From Sulfurimonas sp. (GTDB taxonomy: Bacteria > Campylobacterota > Campylobacteria > Campylobacterales > Sulfurimonadaceae), in NCBI GenBank assembly GCA_965243085.1, contig CBDETZ010000003.1, forward strand, positions 29,720 to 93,719: a stretch of 64,000 nucleotides of DNA, in the 5' to 3' direction. The notes below the pieces were generated by a model that worked only from the letters and a program-made list of their open reading frames with translations, did no database searches and was not told where the DNA came from. Positions 21,120 to 32,944 of this stretch are shown here, piece by piece (position 1 is the first letter of the stretch; each line of letters begins with the position of its first letter). The position numbers and the translations under genes were made by a program.

Positions 21120-22491
21120 GTTTGTTTCCTTGTAGGTAATTAATTAAATGTTATGCTAATTATAACTATTAATTAATTAATTATAACTTAAAATTTATAT
21201 ATTCATAATAATATCTTATCAACTGTTTCTATATTTTAAAAGTAGGTGTTTAAAGGATTATTGAGGTTTTAAAAAAGAGAAATTTAACATTAGACTTCTT
21301 TCAAAAGTCATTTAATGTGCCTTTAATTTCAATTTAAAGTTATAAGTAAGAGAGCATAACTAAATTCATAGCTAGCATCTCATGTAAAAGATTTAGATTT
21401 AATGTGAATTTGACTTGTCTACACGAGTATCGTTAAGTATAGTTCAACGAAGAAAATCATTTTTTCATTGGCTATGAAGTTATTTATGTTCTGATGTTAC
21501 GATAATCTAAATTCATAAAGTTTAAGAAGTGCTACAAATCTAAGCAACTTGTAATTCTTCAACTTTTTGGTAGGCGACTTTGAGAGCCTCAATATATATT
21601 TTTTCCTTAATGGCAAAGTGGTTCATTTTATAGTTTAATCGAAGTTTCTCAAGTTTTATAAAACTACGAACAGATAAATGTATATGATTTCTTTGTGATG
21701 TTTCAACTTTTGTTGGAGAGTGTTCTATTTTTAAATTTTGTTTTAAAGATTTATGATATTCCTCTATTTTCCACCGTCTTTTGTAGATTTCAAGTACCTG
21801 ATTGAAAGATAAGTCTATATCATTAGTAACAAGATATAAATAAGTAGATTCGCCATCATCGCCGTTTTTGACCACTTGCTTGATAAGTCTTAGAGGTTTT
21901 TTATAACCTTCAATATATATCAGCCGACTACTACCACCCTTTATATCTATGCTTGAGATATTAACATATTTTCCTTTATTTCTTTCTTCTAAAGTGAGTG
22001 CTATTTTTCTATTACTTTTTATTGGACATACAAACTTCTTGTTTAGTTCTTCTTCTATAAAAAGTAGATTCTTAATACTTGAAAACCATTTATCAAATAA
22101 AATATATTTATATTTCACTTCATTATTGTGATGTAAAATTTGAAGTTTATCTTGCATTATTTCATTTTTACTAAAGAGAGATTTTTTAATATTCTTCTGA
22201 TGTTCCTCACTCCACTTATTTTCAGTTTTTGTGATAATTTCATATCCCAAAGGGATAGATATACCTGTAGCATCTGTATAATGAAAATTTAGCATTAAGA
22301 TACCTTTTTGCATCTTTTGTGAGACATGGTCATAATGCCAGCAAACTACATCATTTACTTTACTCCAAGGCTTATGCATAAGCATATCATCGATAATAAT
22401 ACAAGCATTGTCTTCATTCTCATAATCTCTTAAAAATGGTTTTATTGATTTCCACAAAGTCTTTTCATCATCAAGAGAATCATTTAATAGT

Positions 22492-23407
22492 AGACTTCTT
22501 GCAAAACTCTAAAAGTAGGAACTAAAAATGCTATCAGATTGATATGAATAAATATGAAAAATTACAGAAGAAAGAACCAAAGAATTTTAAGCGTCTTATT
22601 GGTGTAAATAAAGATACATTTAATGAAATGCTTTTAGTATTTATAGCCTATGAAAAAGAGAGAACTAAAAACCATGGAGTTGGTGGTAGAAAAAGTTTAG
22701 ATTCAAAAGAAAAAGTACTATTAATGTTAAGTTATTACAGAGAATATAGAACCTTAGAACATATTGGCTTTGATTATGGAGTAAGTGAATCTACAGCTTC
22801 TCGAATAGTAAGAGATGTTGAAGATGTTTTAATAAAATCTGGAAAGTTTTCATTACCAAGTAAACGTGCTTTATATGGAGATGATATGGACTTAGAGTTT
22901 ATCGTCATTGATGCTACAGAGTCCCCCATACAACGACCAAAAAAAAGCAAAGAGATTACTACTCAGGGAAGAAAAGAAACCATACACTAAAAGGGCAAAT
23001 CGTTATTGACAAGGATGAACGTATTATTTGTGCTCATACATGCAAAGGTACTACTCATGATTTTAAACTCTTTAAACAGAGTGATCTACCTGTGAAACCT
23101 CAAACTTGTATCTATGTAGATTTAGGCTATCTTGGTATTAAAAAGCAACATAATAACACTCAAATACCATATAAGAAATCAAAGCTACATCCATTAACTG
23201 ATACACAAAAAAATCAAAATAAAAGAGAAGCTTCAGCTCGCATATGTGTTGAACATATCAATGCTAAATTAAAGACTTTTCAAATCCTTAAACAGAAATA
23301 TCGTAACCGTAGAAAAAGGTTCAATCTTCGCTTCAATCTGATATGTGGATTAGTTAATTTTGACCGTGGATTTGAGGTTGCTGGAAAATGAGTTTTGCAA
23401 GAAGTCT
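22492..23407 (+). mobile_element. IS5-family ISL2/IS702-like element (916 bp), candidate autonomous partner of MITE-A/B
   Basis: IR agacttcttgcaaaactc, agt TSD; ORFs 22544-22990 (HTH_Tnp_4-like) and DDE_Tnp_4-like part to 23391, joined at an A8G shift site. Confidence 0.92.
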
Positions 23408-23518
23408 AGTAGATGCTTTGTGAAAACATCATGACTATTACCTGTTACTTTTGAAAGTTTTGTCATCTCTATCTTGCTAAATGAACTGATTGCGAAATTT
23501 ATGTACATATCTTCTAAT

Positions 23519-24742
23519 CACCCCAATCCACTAAAAACTAAATTTCAAGAGTTGAGCGATAGAGTCATCTAAATCCCATCTATTGTTAATGAGTTGTTCT
23601 TGTATAGATTTTGTACCATTTAGGTGCAAGATATTTAAAATAATGCTTCTGATAATTGTCATTAAAAATGGATTTAGATGAGCATTATGGTCATCTTCTA
23701 AAAGTGTATTATCTTTGTATTGGTGCATTGTTTCTACCTTCCAATGGAGTAAAATTTTATTATGAAAGAACTCCGCATTTTCACGAAAATTTGCTATACA
23801 GAACTGAATACTAGTGCTGTTTGTTACTTCTCCTGTTTTATGGTTTGTCTTGTGTATTTTTTTAATAGTTTTTATGATTGAGCGAACATGGGTAATTTCA
23901 TTATGATAAAAAGTAGTTGGTTCATATATAAATACTTCTCTATTTATCCACTCATTAGATTGCTGGATTGGTTTAGCTTTATAAGTGCTTGATGGTTTTA
24001 TCTCTCTTGATATTTCATTTATTTTATCAAGAAGTGTTTTTTGGTTACCTTTAACTTTAGCAATATATTTTGAACCACTCTGCTCAATAGAATCAAGAGT
24101 TTTTTTGTGTGTTCATCGCATCAAAGGTAAAGAGAAATTCAGGTATTTCATTTGATTTCTCTGCAATTTTTTGATGAGCAATAACTACACCTATCTCTGA
24201 TAGAACTGCACCAACAACTTGTATAGCCTTTTGGTCTTTATATCTACTACCATTCATCACTTTACCATCTACGCTTAGATGTTTTCCTGTAGTATCGACA
24301 TAAATTCTTATCCATTCTCTGAACAAAAGTTCAACTGCCTCACTATCAACTTTTGCAAGTATATCTGAGACAGCACTTCTTTTTGGTGTTATTATAAATT
24401 CTACACCTAGAAGTTTTTTTACTTCTTCTTTTTGAACATGTTTATCTATCCAAATAGAAATTTGTTTGTAATCTGTAGCTCCCATTAGTCCAGCTAATAT
24501 AGCTAGATATAAGATATGTTCTAATTTATGCCGTTTACCTTGACCTTTACGATGGTCTGGAACTCTTGATAGTAACTCTAAAAGTTTATTTGATTCAGCT
24601 ATTTTTGCATAGCCTTTTCTTGAACGCTTTTGTGCTAATTTATCTCTTGCTTTTATTGCCATTTTCTTATCACCTTGTTTTTCTCAAAAGCAAGCAATAA
24701 TTATTCCACTTTTAATTTCTAGTTATTAATGGATTAGGGGTG
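23519..24742 (-). mobile_element. ISAs1 type A (33-bp in-frame deletion in ORF1)
   Basis: IRs, perfect 9-bp TSD tcttctaat; SNEIPEFLF instead of SNEIPALQAMIAELGDEFLF. Confidence 0.92.
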
Positions 24743-24843
24743 TCTTCTAATTGCTTCATATATATTTTAAGCATTTTTAATGCCACCTATTTTTAATATG
24801 TCACCTTTTGTAAATTTGAAGGTTTAGATTATCGTAACATCAG

Positions 24844-26001
24844 TGTGTTATTAGTGTGAAAAACTGCTTGATTGCTCACATCTTTAGTTGTACCATCACT
24901 GTAAACACCTAGCAAGTTCAAGCTTACACTTTGAGAAACTCTCAGTACACTTTTCGGGCTTGTGATTTTTATAGATTTAAGAAGCACAGATGGTTTTACA
25001 ACTAGAATGTAAGGTTTTGAAGGTGGGTTTTCAACTTGGATATGAGGTTTTGAAGGTGGGTTTACAACTGGGATATCAGGTTTTGAAGGTGGATTTAATG
25101 AACCTTCTTGAGTATCCTCACTGAAGATATTAAATGCGTGAACCTTAGTTTCTGTACTCTTAGGATTATTTCCATTAACTACACCAGTAGCATTTACTTC
25201 AACGGTGTAATTTCCATCACCTAAAGATGAAATCTTAAGTAAAACTGAGTAGTTATTATCATTATTTTTATCTTGCAATATTCCCGTAGAAACTAAAGCA
25301 TTAGCATTGGTACCTACTTTATAAATACCATAGTTTACAGAATTAACTCCATCAATATCTACAACAGTTAATGAGATATTTAAATCATTCCCATTTAAAA
25401 TAGATGATGGAGCAACTATATTTGAAGCAGTTAAATTATTATCATTAGGAGCTACAATTGTTGTAAGACCTAAAGTACTTAAAATAATGTTTAAATGATT
25501 AATAGCATCTGTTTGAGTAACGAGAGTTTTACCAAGTATATCAGCTACATCAGTATCAAAAGTATCTGATGTAAAATCAATACTATTATCTTTTAATAAG
25601 GCTAATAGTTTTGGATCTAGTGTGATACCATTACTAGCATTATTGTCACTGTCAAGTGTTTGCAACAGTTGAGCTAGATTTATAGCTGCTGTTTTATTAC
25701 TTGGAAATAAGGTAAGAGGAGTAATGGTATTCTCTACATCTACTATACCTAAAGAGATACCTGCAAGGTTAAACTCTACCATATCTCCCTCATTACAAGT
25801 GTATTCTCCTAAAGTATTTGTAATTCCTCTTTTATCTGAACTACAATTATAATCAAGACCTGAAACTGCACTATCTTGGAAAGTACCAGTGATAGTATTT
25901 GTAACTGATTCTTTTGACTTTTCATCTTTACTACTTAAACAAGCAGTAAATGATACTCCAAACAACACTACAAGCATAGTGATTATTATAAATCTTTTTA
26001 T
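24844..26001 (-). pseudogene. Surface lipoprotein with Pro-rich repeats and a truncated Big_2-like Ig domain
   Basis: Lipobox FTAC; 3 x 11-aa NPPSKP repeats; C-terminus LKSIKIT...GVYSDGTTKDVS cut by IS701; RBS points to an ATA codon at 26001. Confidence 0.75.
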
Positions 26002-26339
26002 GATTTATCCTTTTTTTGTTTTTTGTAATTTTTTCAAAGTGTATTTAGTTTAGCTTTCTAATATAAATATACAAGCTGAATTTAAGTATTATATCTGTTG
26101 TACTATAAAGAGTATATTAACCCTAATCCCTAATAATTCCATACCAAATTAGACAACAATCTAAATTACTCTATAATTAGGTACTTTAAATCGAAAAAGT
26201 AACACTCAAAGAGTTCACCCAAGGGGTGTAACTTTTCCAAATAACAGGTATGATTATGGCACAAACTGTATTAAAATTCAATCTTGAAACCACAAATGAG
26301 AAATTAACTAGAAAGTCAAATATAATTTCAAAATTGGAA

Positions 26340-27287
26340 CACTTTTTGCAAGTAAAAAGTTATGATGAAAGAAAAAGAGATACTAAATAAACTGAGCTAT
26401 ATAAAAGATAGTGGATTAACTAAACAAGAGCGTCACAGAGCACATGCTTTACTACTACTAAAGGCAGGTAAAAGCAAAAATGAATTAGCAGAGATATTTG
26501 AAGTATCTCAAAGAACAATTTATAATTGGATTAATGATTTTAAAGCAAATGGAATAAAGAGTTTAGCTATTCAAAAATGTCGAGGAAGAAAGACTATTTT
26601 GAATGAAGATAACGATAAAAAAGTTATTTCAGAGTTCATCAAAATGTATTCGCATCAACCAAAAAAAGCATATGCTTTAAGTGTAGAAAAGCTATCAATA
26701 AAAATGAGCTATAAGACCTTTAAACGCTATTTAAAAAAACACTCAATTTAAGCTATAAACGCATTCGCAGAAGTACAGCAAAAAAAACAGACCCTGAACT
26801 CTATGAAAGAAAGAAGAAAGAGCTTGAAGTGCTTGAAACAAAGGTTCTTGCAGGAGAAATTGATGTTGAATACTTTGATGAGAGTGGATTTAACCTCAAT
26901 GTCCTTGGATTTTTTAACAAAAATAAATCAACACTTTTTGCTTCAACAAGCTATGATAAAGTTGATACAGAAGTAGTCATAGGTCATTTTAATCTCTTTG
27001 TAGATGAGATTTCAAAGCCTACTGTTGCTGTTGTTGATAATGCCTCAATTCACACAAGTAAAAAGTTTAAAGAGATGATACTAAAATGGGAAGAAAAAGG
27101 ATTGAGTATCTTTTATTTACCACCTTATTCTCCTCAATTAAATCCAATTGAAATGGTATGGAAATTTATGAAGTATTACTGGATAGAATTTGATGCTTAT
27201 CTATCCATAGAAAATATGAAAAACTATGTTGAAAAAGTTATTATGGGATATGGTGTTAATTTTGAAATTAAATTTGGGTAGTTACTT
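26340..27287 (+). mobile_element. IS630-family element (type B), with an internal deletion
   Basis: ORF 26362-26751 (HTH) and frameshifted DDE part (YFDESGF, DNASIH, LPPYSPQLNPIE); right end gtagttactta; left end not fixed. Confidence 0.85.
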
Positions 27288-27425
27288 AGAAGGTTTCCAT
27301 TCTCATCATAGCTATAGGATTCTGTGAAAAGATGTTTTCCTTCAAGATTTAGAGGTATTTTTGAGATGGACTATCCTTTTTGGTTTTGTAGGTATGTGTA
27401 AATTAGTGCTGATATTTTTTTTAGA

Positions 27426-27871
27426 TTAGGTCAAAATTTTGATAAGTAATAGACCTCAAATAATTTCAAAACTAATATCATTAAAAAGGTTTAGATTTAA
27501 TGTGAATTTGACTTGCTTACACGACTAGGGTTAAGTTAATTTCAACATAGAAGATAATCCTATTAATTGAAGTTATTTCTATCCTACTACTTAATAGGCT
27601 GTAGAAACAAGCAAGAATGTAAAAATAACAATTACTAATCCCACTACCTGATAAGAGTCATAATTAATTTTTATATCTTGCTCTCTTATCTCATTGTATA
27701 TATAATCAGACCACATAGCAAAATGTAAAAACATAGGTATAATACCCATAAGTCAAGCTTCGAAAAAAGTTGCTGTTTCATTGGTATCTGTCGCTGGGAC
27801 AACTTGTGAACCAACAAACATAATAAATCCTATAGCTACTATAATGCTATCACGAATTTTTTTTACTGAAA
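27426..27871 (-). pseudogene. Orphan paralog of the Rhs immunity-like membrane protein
   Basis: Minus strand KKIRDSIIVAIGF...TFFEA*LMG...KINYDSYQVVGL aligns by eye with 28742-29056 (FFEA, KINY..Q..GL); internal TGA and a MITE-C insertion. Confidence 0.7.
27443..27593 (+). mobile_element. MITE-C (~150 bp)
   Basis: IR taagtaatag/ctactactta with TA duplication; three full copies in the window. Confidence 0.85.
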
Positions 27872-28022
27872 TAAGTAGTAGGATAGAAATAACTTCAATT
27901 AATAGGATTATCTTCTATGTTGAAATTAACTTAACCCTAGTCGTGTAAGCAAGTCAAATTCACATTAAATCTAAACCTTTTTAATGATATTAGTTTTGAA
28001 ATTATTTGAGGTCTATTACTTA
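27872..28022 (-). mobile_element. MITE-C, inverted relative to 27443
   Basis: Reverse complement of 27443-27593, TA duplication. Confidence 0.85.
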
Positions 28023-28340
28023 GCTCCTGTTTTATCTCTTTGGCTTAGTTCATAGCTAAAGGTATTGTCACTTACACTTGTTACTTCACCATAGTTGTTG
28101 TAGCTTATGTTTTGAGTAAAAGTATTGTCTGTTACTTTTGTGGTGTAGCCATTTGCCTTATCTCTTGTAAGTGTGAAATCTCCACTTGATGTGAGTAAAT
28201 TATCCTTATCGTAGGTATAGTTGTTTGTTGTACCTGCGTAGGTACTTGGTTTTACTATCTTAATAATTTTTCTGTTTTTGTTATAGGTGTATGTGGTGGC
28301 TTTGCTTAGTGGTGATGTGTGGTTTGTTGCTTCTCTTTTT
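28023..28340 (-). pseudogene. Orphan Rhs core fragment
   Basis: Near-identical to 30125-30350, joined via gtacttg to the uninterrupted KIVKPS junction. Confidence 0.8.
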
Positions 28341-28491
28341 GGGTTTGTGAGGATTGCTATATTTGGAGGTATTTTTGAGATAAGCTATCCTTTTGAGTTT
28401 TGTAGGTATGTGTAAATTAGTGCTTCGTATGTTCTTTTGTTTCTAAACTTTTTATGTTGAAAAGTGGAGATTCATTCACAGGGGTGTAGTT

Positions 28492-28551
28492 TTTTTTTAA
28501 ATATTTGAAAAAATAGGATATATGAGTACTTTTTAATTATGCAGTCGGCTC
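28492..28551 (+). repeat. IS5-subgroup right-end remnant
   Basis: Matches ~44780-44835 ending tatgcagtcggctc. Confidence 0.75.
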
Positions 28552-28709
28552 ACCATTGTATTCAAATTCATAGCTTGAATAATCTTCATATGTTACTGAT
28601 AGAAGGTCTCCATTCTCATCATAGCTATAGGATTCTGTGAAAAGATGTTTTCCTTCAAGATTTAGAGGTATTTTTGATATGGACTATCCTTTTTAGTTTT
28701 GTAAAAATC

Positions 28710-28728
28710 ACCAAGCTTTAAGCTTGGT
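28710..28728 (-). terminator. Putative terminator of the rhs-immunity operon
   Basis: accaagct/agcttggt hairpin just past the immunity stop, followed by gattttt. Confidence 0.5.
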
Positions 28729-28741
28729 AACGAAGAAAGTA

Positions 28742-29056
28742 TTAGTTTGTTAAGGAACAACCAAAAGAAGCTAAAGTAGTTATTGTTGTTACAATAATAG
28801 CTACCAATAGTCCTAAAAACTGGAACATATTATAATTAATTTTATATCCATATTCTACAGATAAATCATAGTTATAATTAGAAAATAAATATAATTGCAT
28901 TATCAAAAATGGGCTTGCTATTGTTAAAGCCTCAAAAAATGAAAAATATTCTTGTCCTTTTCTTCCTTCGATGGATATTTGTGAAAATATAAATAAAATT
29001 AAAAATCCAACAATTAAAATAATATATTTAATTTTTATTATTAATGTAATATTCAT
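28742..29056 (-). CDS. Putative immunity protein (multi-TM) for the Rhs toxin
   Basis: Start overlaps the rhs stop; 104 aa, about 3 hydrophobic segments. Confidence 0.7.
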   Translation of the reverse strand: MNITLIIKIKYIILIVGFLILFIFSQISIEGRKGQEYFSFFEALTIASPFLIMQLYLFSNYNYDLSVEYGYKINYNMFQFLGLLVAIIVTTITTLASFGCSLTN

Positions 29057-30599
29057 TAGTGTAGTGCTATCCCAACATTAGCAGCATTCTCAATTGCATC
29101 TAGTCCCAGACCTGTTACTGGACCAGCCATAACCAATGCTACTCCACCTAATGCTCCAACTCCCATTGCACCAAGTAGATGCCATGCAGAGCTTGGCATT
29201 TGAAATCCACCACACGGATTAATAAATGCTGTAGCTCCACCCATTATCCCACCAGCGAGTATGGCTGTACCTAATAAAAATGGATTTAACCCCTCAGGAT
29301 CCACCAAATTAACAGGATCCCCTAAAACATACCCATAAAGATTACTATCTCCACCACTAAAGTCTATAGGGTCTTTGGCTGTCCACTTTCCTGTGAGTGG
29401 GTCATACTCTCTGTATCCGAAGTGAACTAGGTTTGTGTCTTTGTCGTGGATTCCACCTGCAAAACCAAATGGTATGTTTAGGTTTGTGTTTGTGTCTGAG
29501 AGTATATTACCGTAAGTGTCATAAGTTATCTCTTTTATGATGTTATGGTTTGTATCACTTATAGCTCTTAGTGTTCCTACTTGGTCGTAGTGAAGATAGT
29601 AAGTTTCATTGTTTTGTGTCATGCTTGTTGGCATTCTACTGTCTGTGTAGTTGTATCTTTGGATTAGATTATCATCTTTGTCATATATTGCTAATAGAGT
29701 TGTAAGGTTTGCCCATAGGTACTTTTCTACTATTTCATTATTTACTTCTTTTGCTACTCTTTGGTTGAGTGCGTTTAAGTGGTAGATGATTGTTTTACTT
29801 GGAGTAGTTACACTTGTTAATGCTCCTAGTGTGTTGTATGTGTAGGTAGTTGTTTGTGTTGGACTTGTCTTTTGTGCTAAGTAACCATCTTCAGCATATC
29901 TGTATGTTGTGTTTCCATATACTTCTAGGTTATCATCTAGTGTATAACTTGCTGTTGTGCTTACTCCATATACTGTTTCTTGTAGTCTGTTACCGTTGTT
30001 GTCGTAGGTGTAGTTTTCTACTTCTGTATTATCTTTACTGACATTTGTTAATCTTCCTCTTGTGTCATAAGTATAGTCATAGTTTGTACTTACTCCATTT
30101 ATACTTTCTTTTTTTTGAGTGATAGTCCCTGTTTTATCTCTTTGGCTTAGTTCATAGCTAAAGGTATTGTCACTTACACTTGTTACTTCACCATAGTTGT
30201 TGTAGCTTATGTTTTGAGTAAAAGTATTGTCTGTTACTTTTGTCGTGTAGCCATTTGCTTTATCTCTTGTAAGTGTGAAATCTCCACTTGATGTGAGTAA
30301 ATTATCCTTATCGTAGGTATAGTTGTTTGTTGTACCTGCGTATGTACTTGATATTACTAAGAAGTCATTGTTATAGCTGTAGTTTATGGTTTGGTTTAGA
30401 GTTCCTTCTTGAGTAAGTGAAGTTAATAGCTCTCCATCGTAAGTATAGTTTATACGCTCACTATCATTTATAATAGTTCCTAGTCTATCTGCAAACAGAT
30501 AGGTATAAGAAGTAGTTCCCTCAAGAGTAACTGTACTTACTAAACGGTCGTTAGTATACGAGTTTGAGATAGTTCTTGTACTTGGTTTTACTATCTTAG

Positions 30600-32944
30600 T
30601 AGCCCATTCCGATACTAAGAACAATATTTGCTTATAGCTCTAAAAGGGGCAGAAATGAGCAATAAATTATTAGAAATTTTTAAAGAGGAAATATCAGAGC
30701 AAGGAAGAGAACAAGCGAGACAATATAGTTTACCTATGATGATGTATTTATCGGTAATTGCAATTCTGATGGGTGCAAAGAATCCAATTGAAATACATCA
30801 ATGGATGAAGAATAACGGTAAACGAAAAGAGATAAAAAAACTATTAGGTGTAGAATTTTTTAAAGCCCCAGGAAAATCAAGAGTGTATGACTTTTTTGAA
30901 ATAGTTGATAAGATTGAATTAGAAAAAGCCTTCCGCAGATGGATACGAATTTTTATAGATATACCAGCACATGCAGTAGTAGCCGTAGATGGTAAAGTTC
31001 TAAGAGGAAGTGCAAATGCTAAAGATAATGCAGTATCTGTTTTATCTGCAGTTTTAGCAGAAACAAAATTAATTATTGCCCATAAAGAGATAGAAAAAAA
31101 GTCTAATGAGATACCAGCATTTCAAGAACTAATAGGTGAGCTTGATGAGACATTTAGTTATGGCTTTGATGCTTTAAACACACAAAAAAAACTCTTAAAA
31201 AGGCATCTGATAGCGGTTCAAAGTTTATAGCAAAAGTAAAAAAGAATCAAAAAACTTTACTGTCTCTAGCTAAAGAGATAGAGGAAGCTTCTTCTATCGA
31301 TTCAAGTTTTCAAATGGAAATTAAACAATCAAATGATTTCATACAAAGAAATATATATGTGTATCAAAACTGTATATATCCATGGGATGGTGTTTTTATT
31401 CATTCAGTAATCAGAGTTGATAAAATTGTTAATTGCAAAGAGACAAAGACACATTACTATATCTCAAATGATACAGATAGTGCAGAATCATTTTTGCAAA
31501 AGATACTCCAAGAGTTAGCCTATTCCAATACTAAACAATCCTTAATAAACCCATATTCCAATCTTACCATAGAGAAGAGCATCAAAGCCTCAGCTAAATT
31601 TTGAGTTGTATCAACAATTTTTCTACCTATATTTTGAACTTTATTAAGATGAAGAATATTGATTACAATACTTCTTAAAATTGAAAAACTAAATGCACCT
31701 TTATTAATTTTGCATCTATCTTCATTAAGTGCTGTATCTTTATAAAAGTGCATTGTCTCAACACTCCACTCTTGGAGTATCTTTTGCAAAAATGATTCTG
31801 CACTATCTGTATCATTTGAGATATAGTAATGTGTCTTTGTCTCTTTGCAATTAACAATTTTATCAACTCTGATTACTGAATGAATAAAAACACCATCCCA
31901 TGGATATATACAGTTTTGATACACATATATATTTCTTTGTATGAAATCATTTGATTGTTTAATTTCCATTTGAAAACTTGAATCGATAGAAGAAGCTTCC
32001 TCTATCTCTTTAGCTAGAGACAGTAAAGTTTTTTGATTCTTTTTTACTTTTGCTATAAACTTTGAACCGCTATCAGATGCCTTTTTAAGAGTTTTTTTTG
32101 TGTGTTTAAAGCATCAAAGCCATAACTAAATGTCTCATCAAGCTCACCTATTAGTTCTTGAAATGCTGGTATCTCATTAGACTTTTTTTCTATCTCTTTA
32201 TGGGCAATAATTAATTTTGTTTCTGCTAAAACTGCAGATAAAACAGATACTGCATTATCTTTAGCATTTGCACTTCCTCTTAGAACTTTACCATCTACGG
32301 CTACTACTGCATGTGCTGGTATATCTATAAAAATTCGTATCCATCTGCGGAAGGCTTTTTCTAATTCAATCTTATCAACTATTTCAAAAAAGTCATACAC
32401 TCTTGATTTTCCTGGGGCTTTAAAAAATTCTACACCTAATAGTTTTTTTATCTCTTTTCGTTTACCGTTATTCTTCATCCATTGATGTATTTCAATTGGA
32501 TTCTTTGCACCCATCAGAATTGCAATTACCGATAAATACATCATCATAGGTAAACTATATTGTCTCGCTTGTTCTCTTCCTTGCTCTGATATTTCCTCTT
32601 TAAAAATTTCTAATAATTTATTGCTCATTTCTGCCCCTTTTAGAGCTATAAGCAAATATTGTTCTTAGTATCGGAATGGGCTGTCCAAGAGTGGAGTGTT
32701 GAGACAATGCACTTTTATAAAGATACAGCACTTAATGAAGATAGATGCAAAATTAATAAAGGTGCATTTAGTTTTTCAATTTTAAGAAGTATTGTAATCA
32801 ATATTCTTCATCTTAATAAAGTTCAAAATATAGGTAGAAAAATTGTTGATACAACTCAAAATTTAGCTGAGGCTTTGATGCTCTTCTCTATGGTAAGATT
32901 GGAATATGGGTTTATTAAGGATTGTTTAGTATTGGAATAGGCTA
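30600..32944 (+). mobile_element. ISAs1 type B (outer copy)
   Basis: IR tagcccattcc/ggaataggcta, 9-bp TSD ctatcttag; transposase ORF1 30655-31230 with A8C shift site. Confidence 0.92.
31516..32683 (-). mobile_element. ISAs1 type B (inner copy, inverted, inserted into its twin)
   Basis: 9-bp TSD tccaagagt at 31507 and 32684. Confidence 0.92.

Larger units (their letters stand above)
21491..24843 (-). mobile_element. IS701-family element interrupted by IS5(ISL2-like) and ISAs1
   Basis: Both IRs present; internal pieces rejoin across agt and tcttctaat TSDs. Confidence 0.92.

Noticed and set aside
20296-21135. Plus-strand ORFs 20296-20646 and 20677-21135
   Set aside because: Antisense shadows of the repetitive minus-strand gene, which has the signal peptide and RBS
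26180-26340. Riboswitch or ncRNA upstream of the lipoprotein
   Set aside because: Only one imperfect hairpin (aaaagtaacac/gtgtaactttt); no recognisable aptamer motif
27443-28022. MITE-C composite transposon carrying the immunity paralog
   Set aside because: Reading frames continue across both MITEs into the outer flanks (QPI|IKILT* and RDKTGA|ISVKK), so these look like two independent TA insertions
30600-32683. Invertible switch or hairpin end implied by the long inverted repeat
   Set aside because: Fully explained by one ISAs1 inserted in another, each with its own 9-bp TSD
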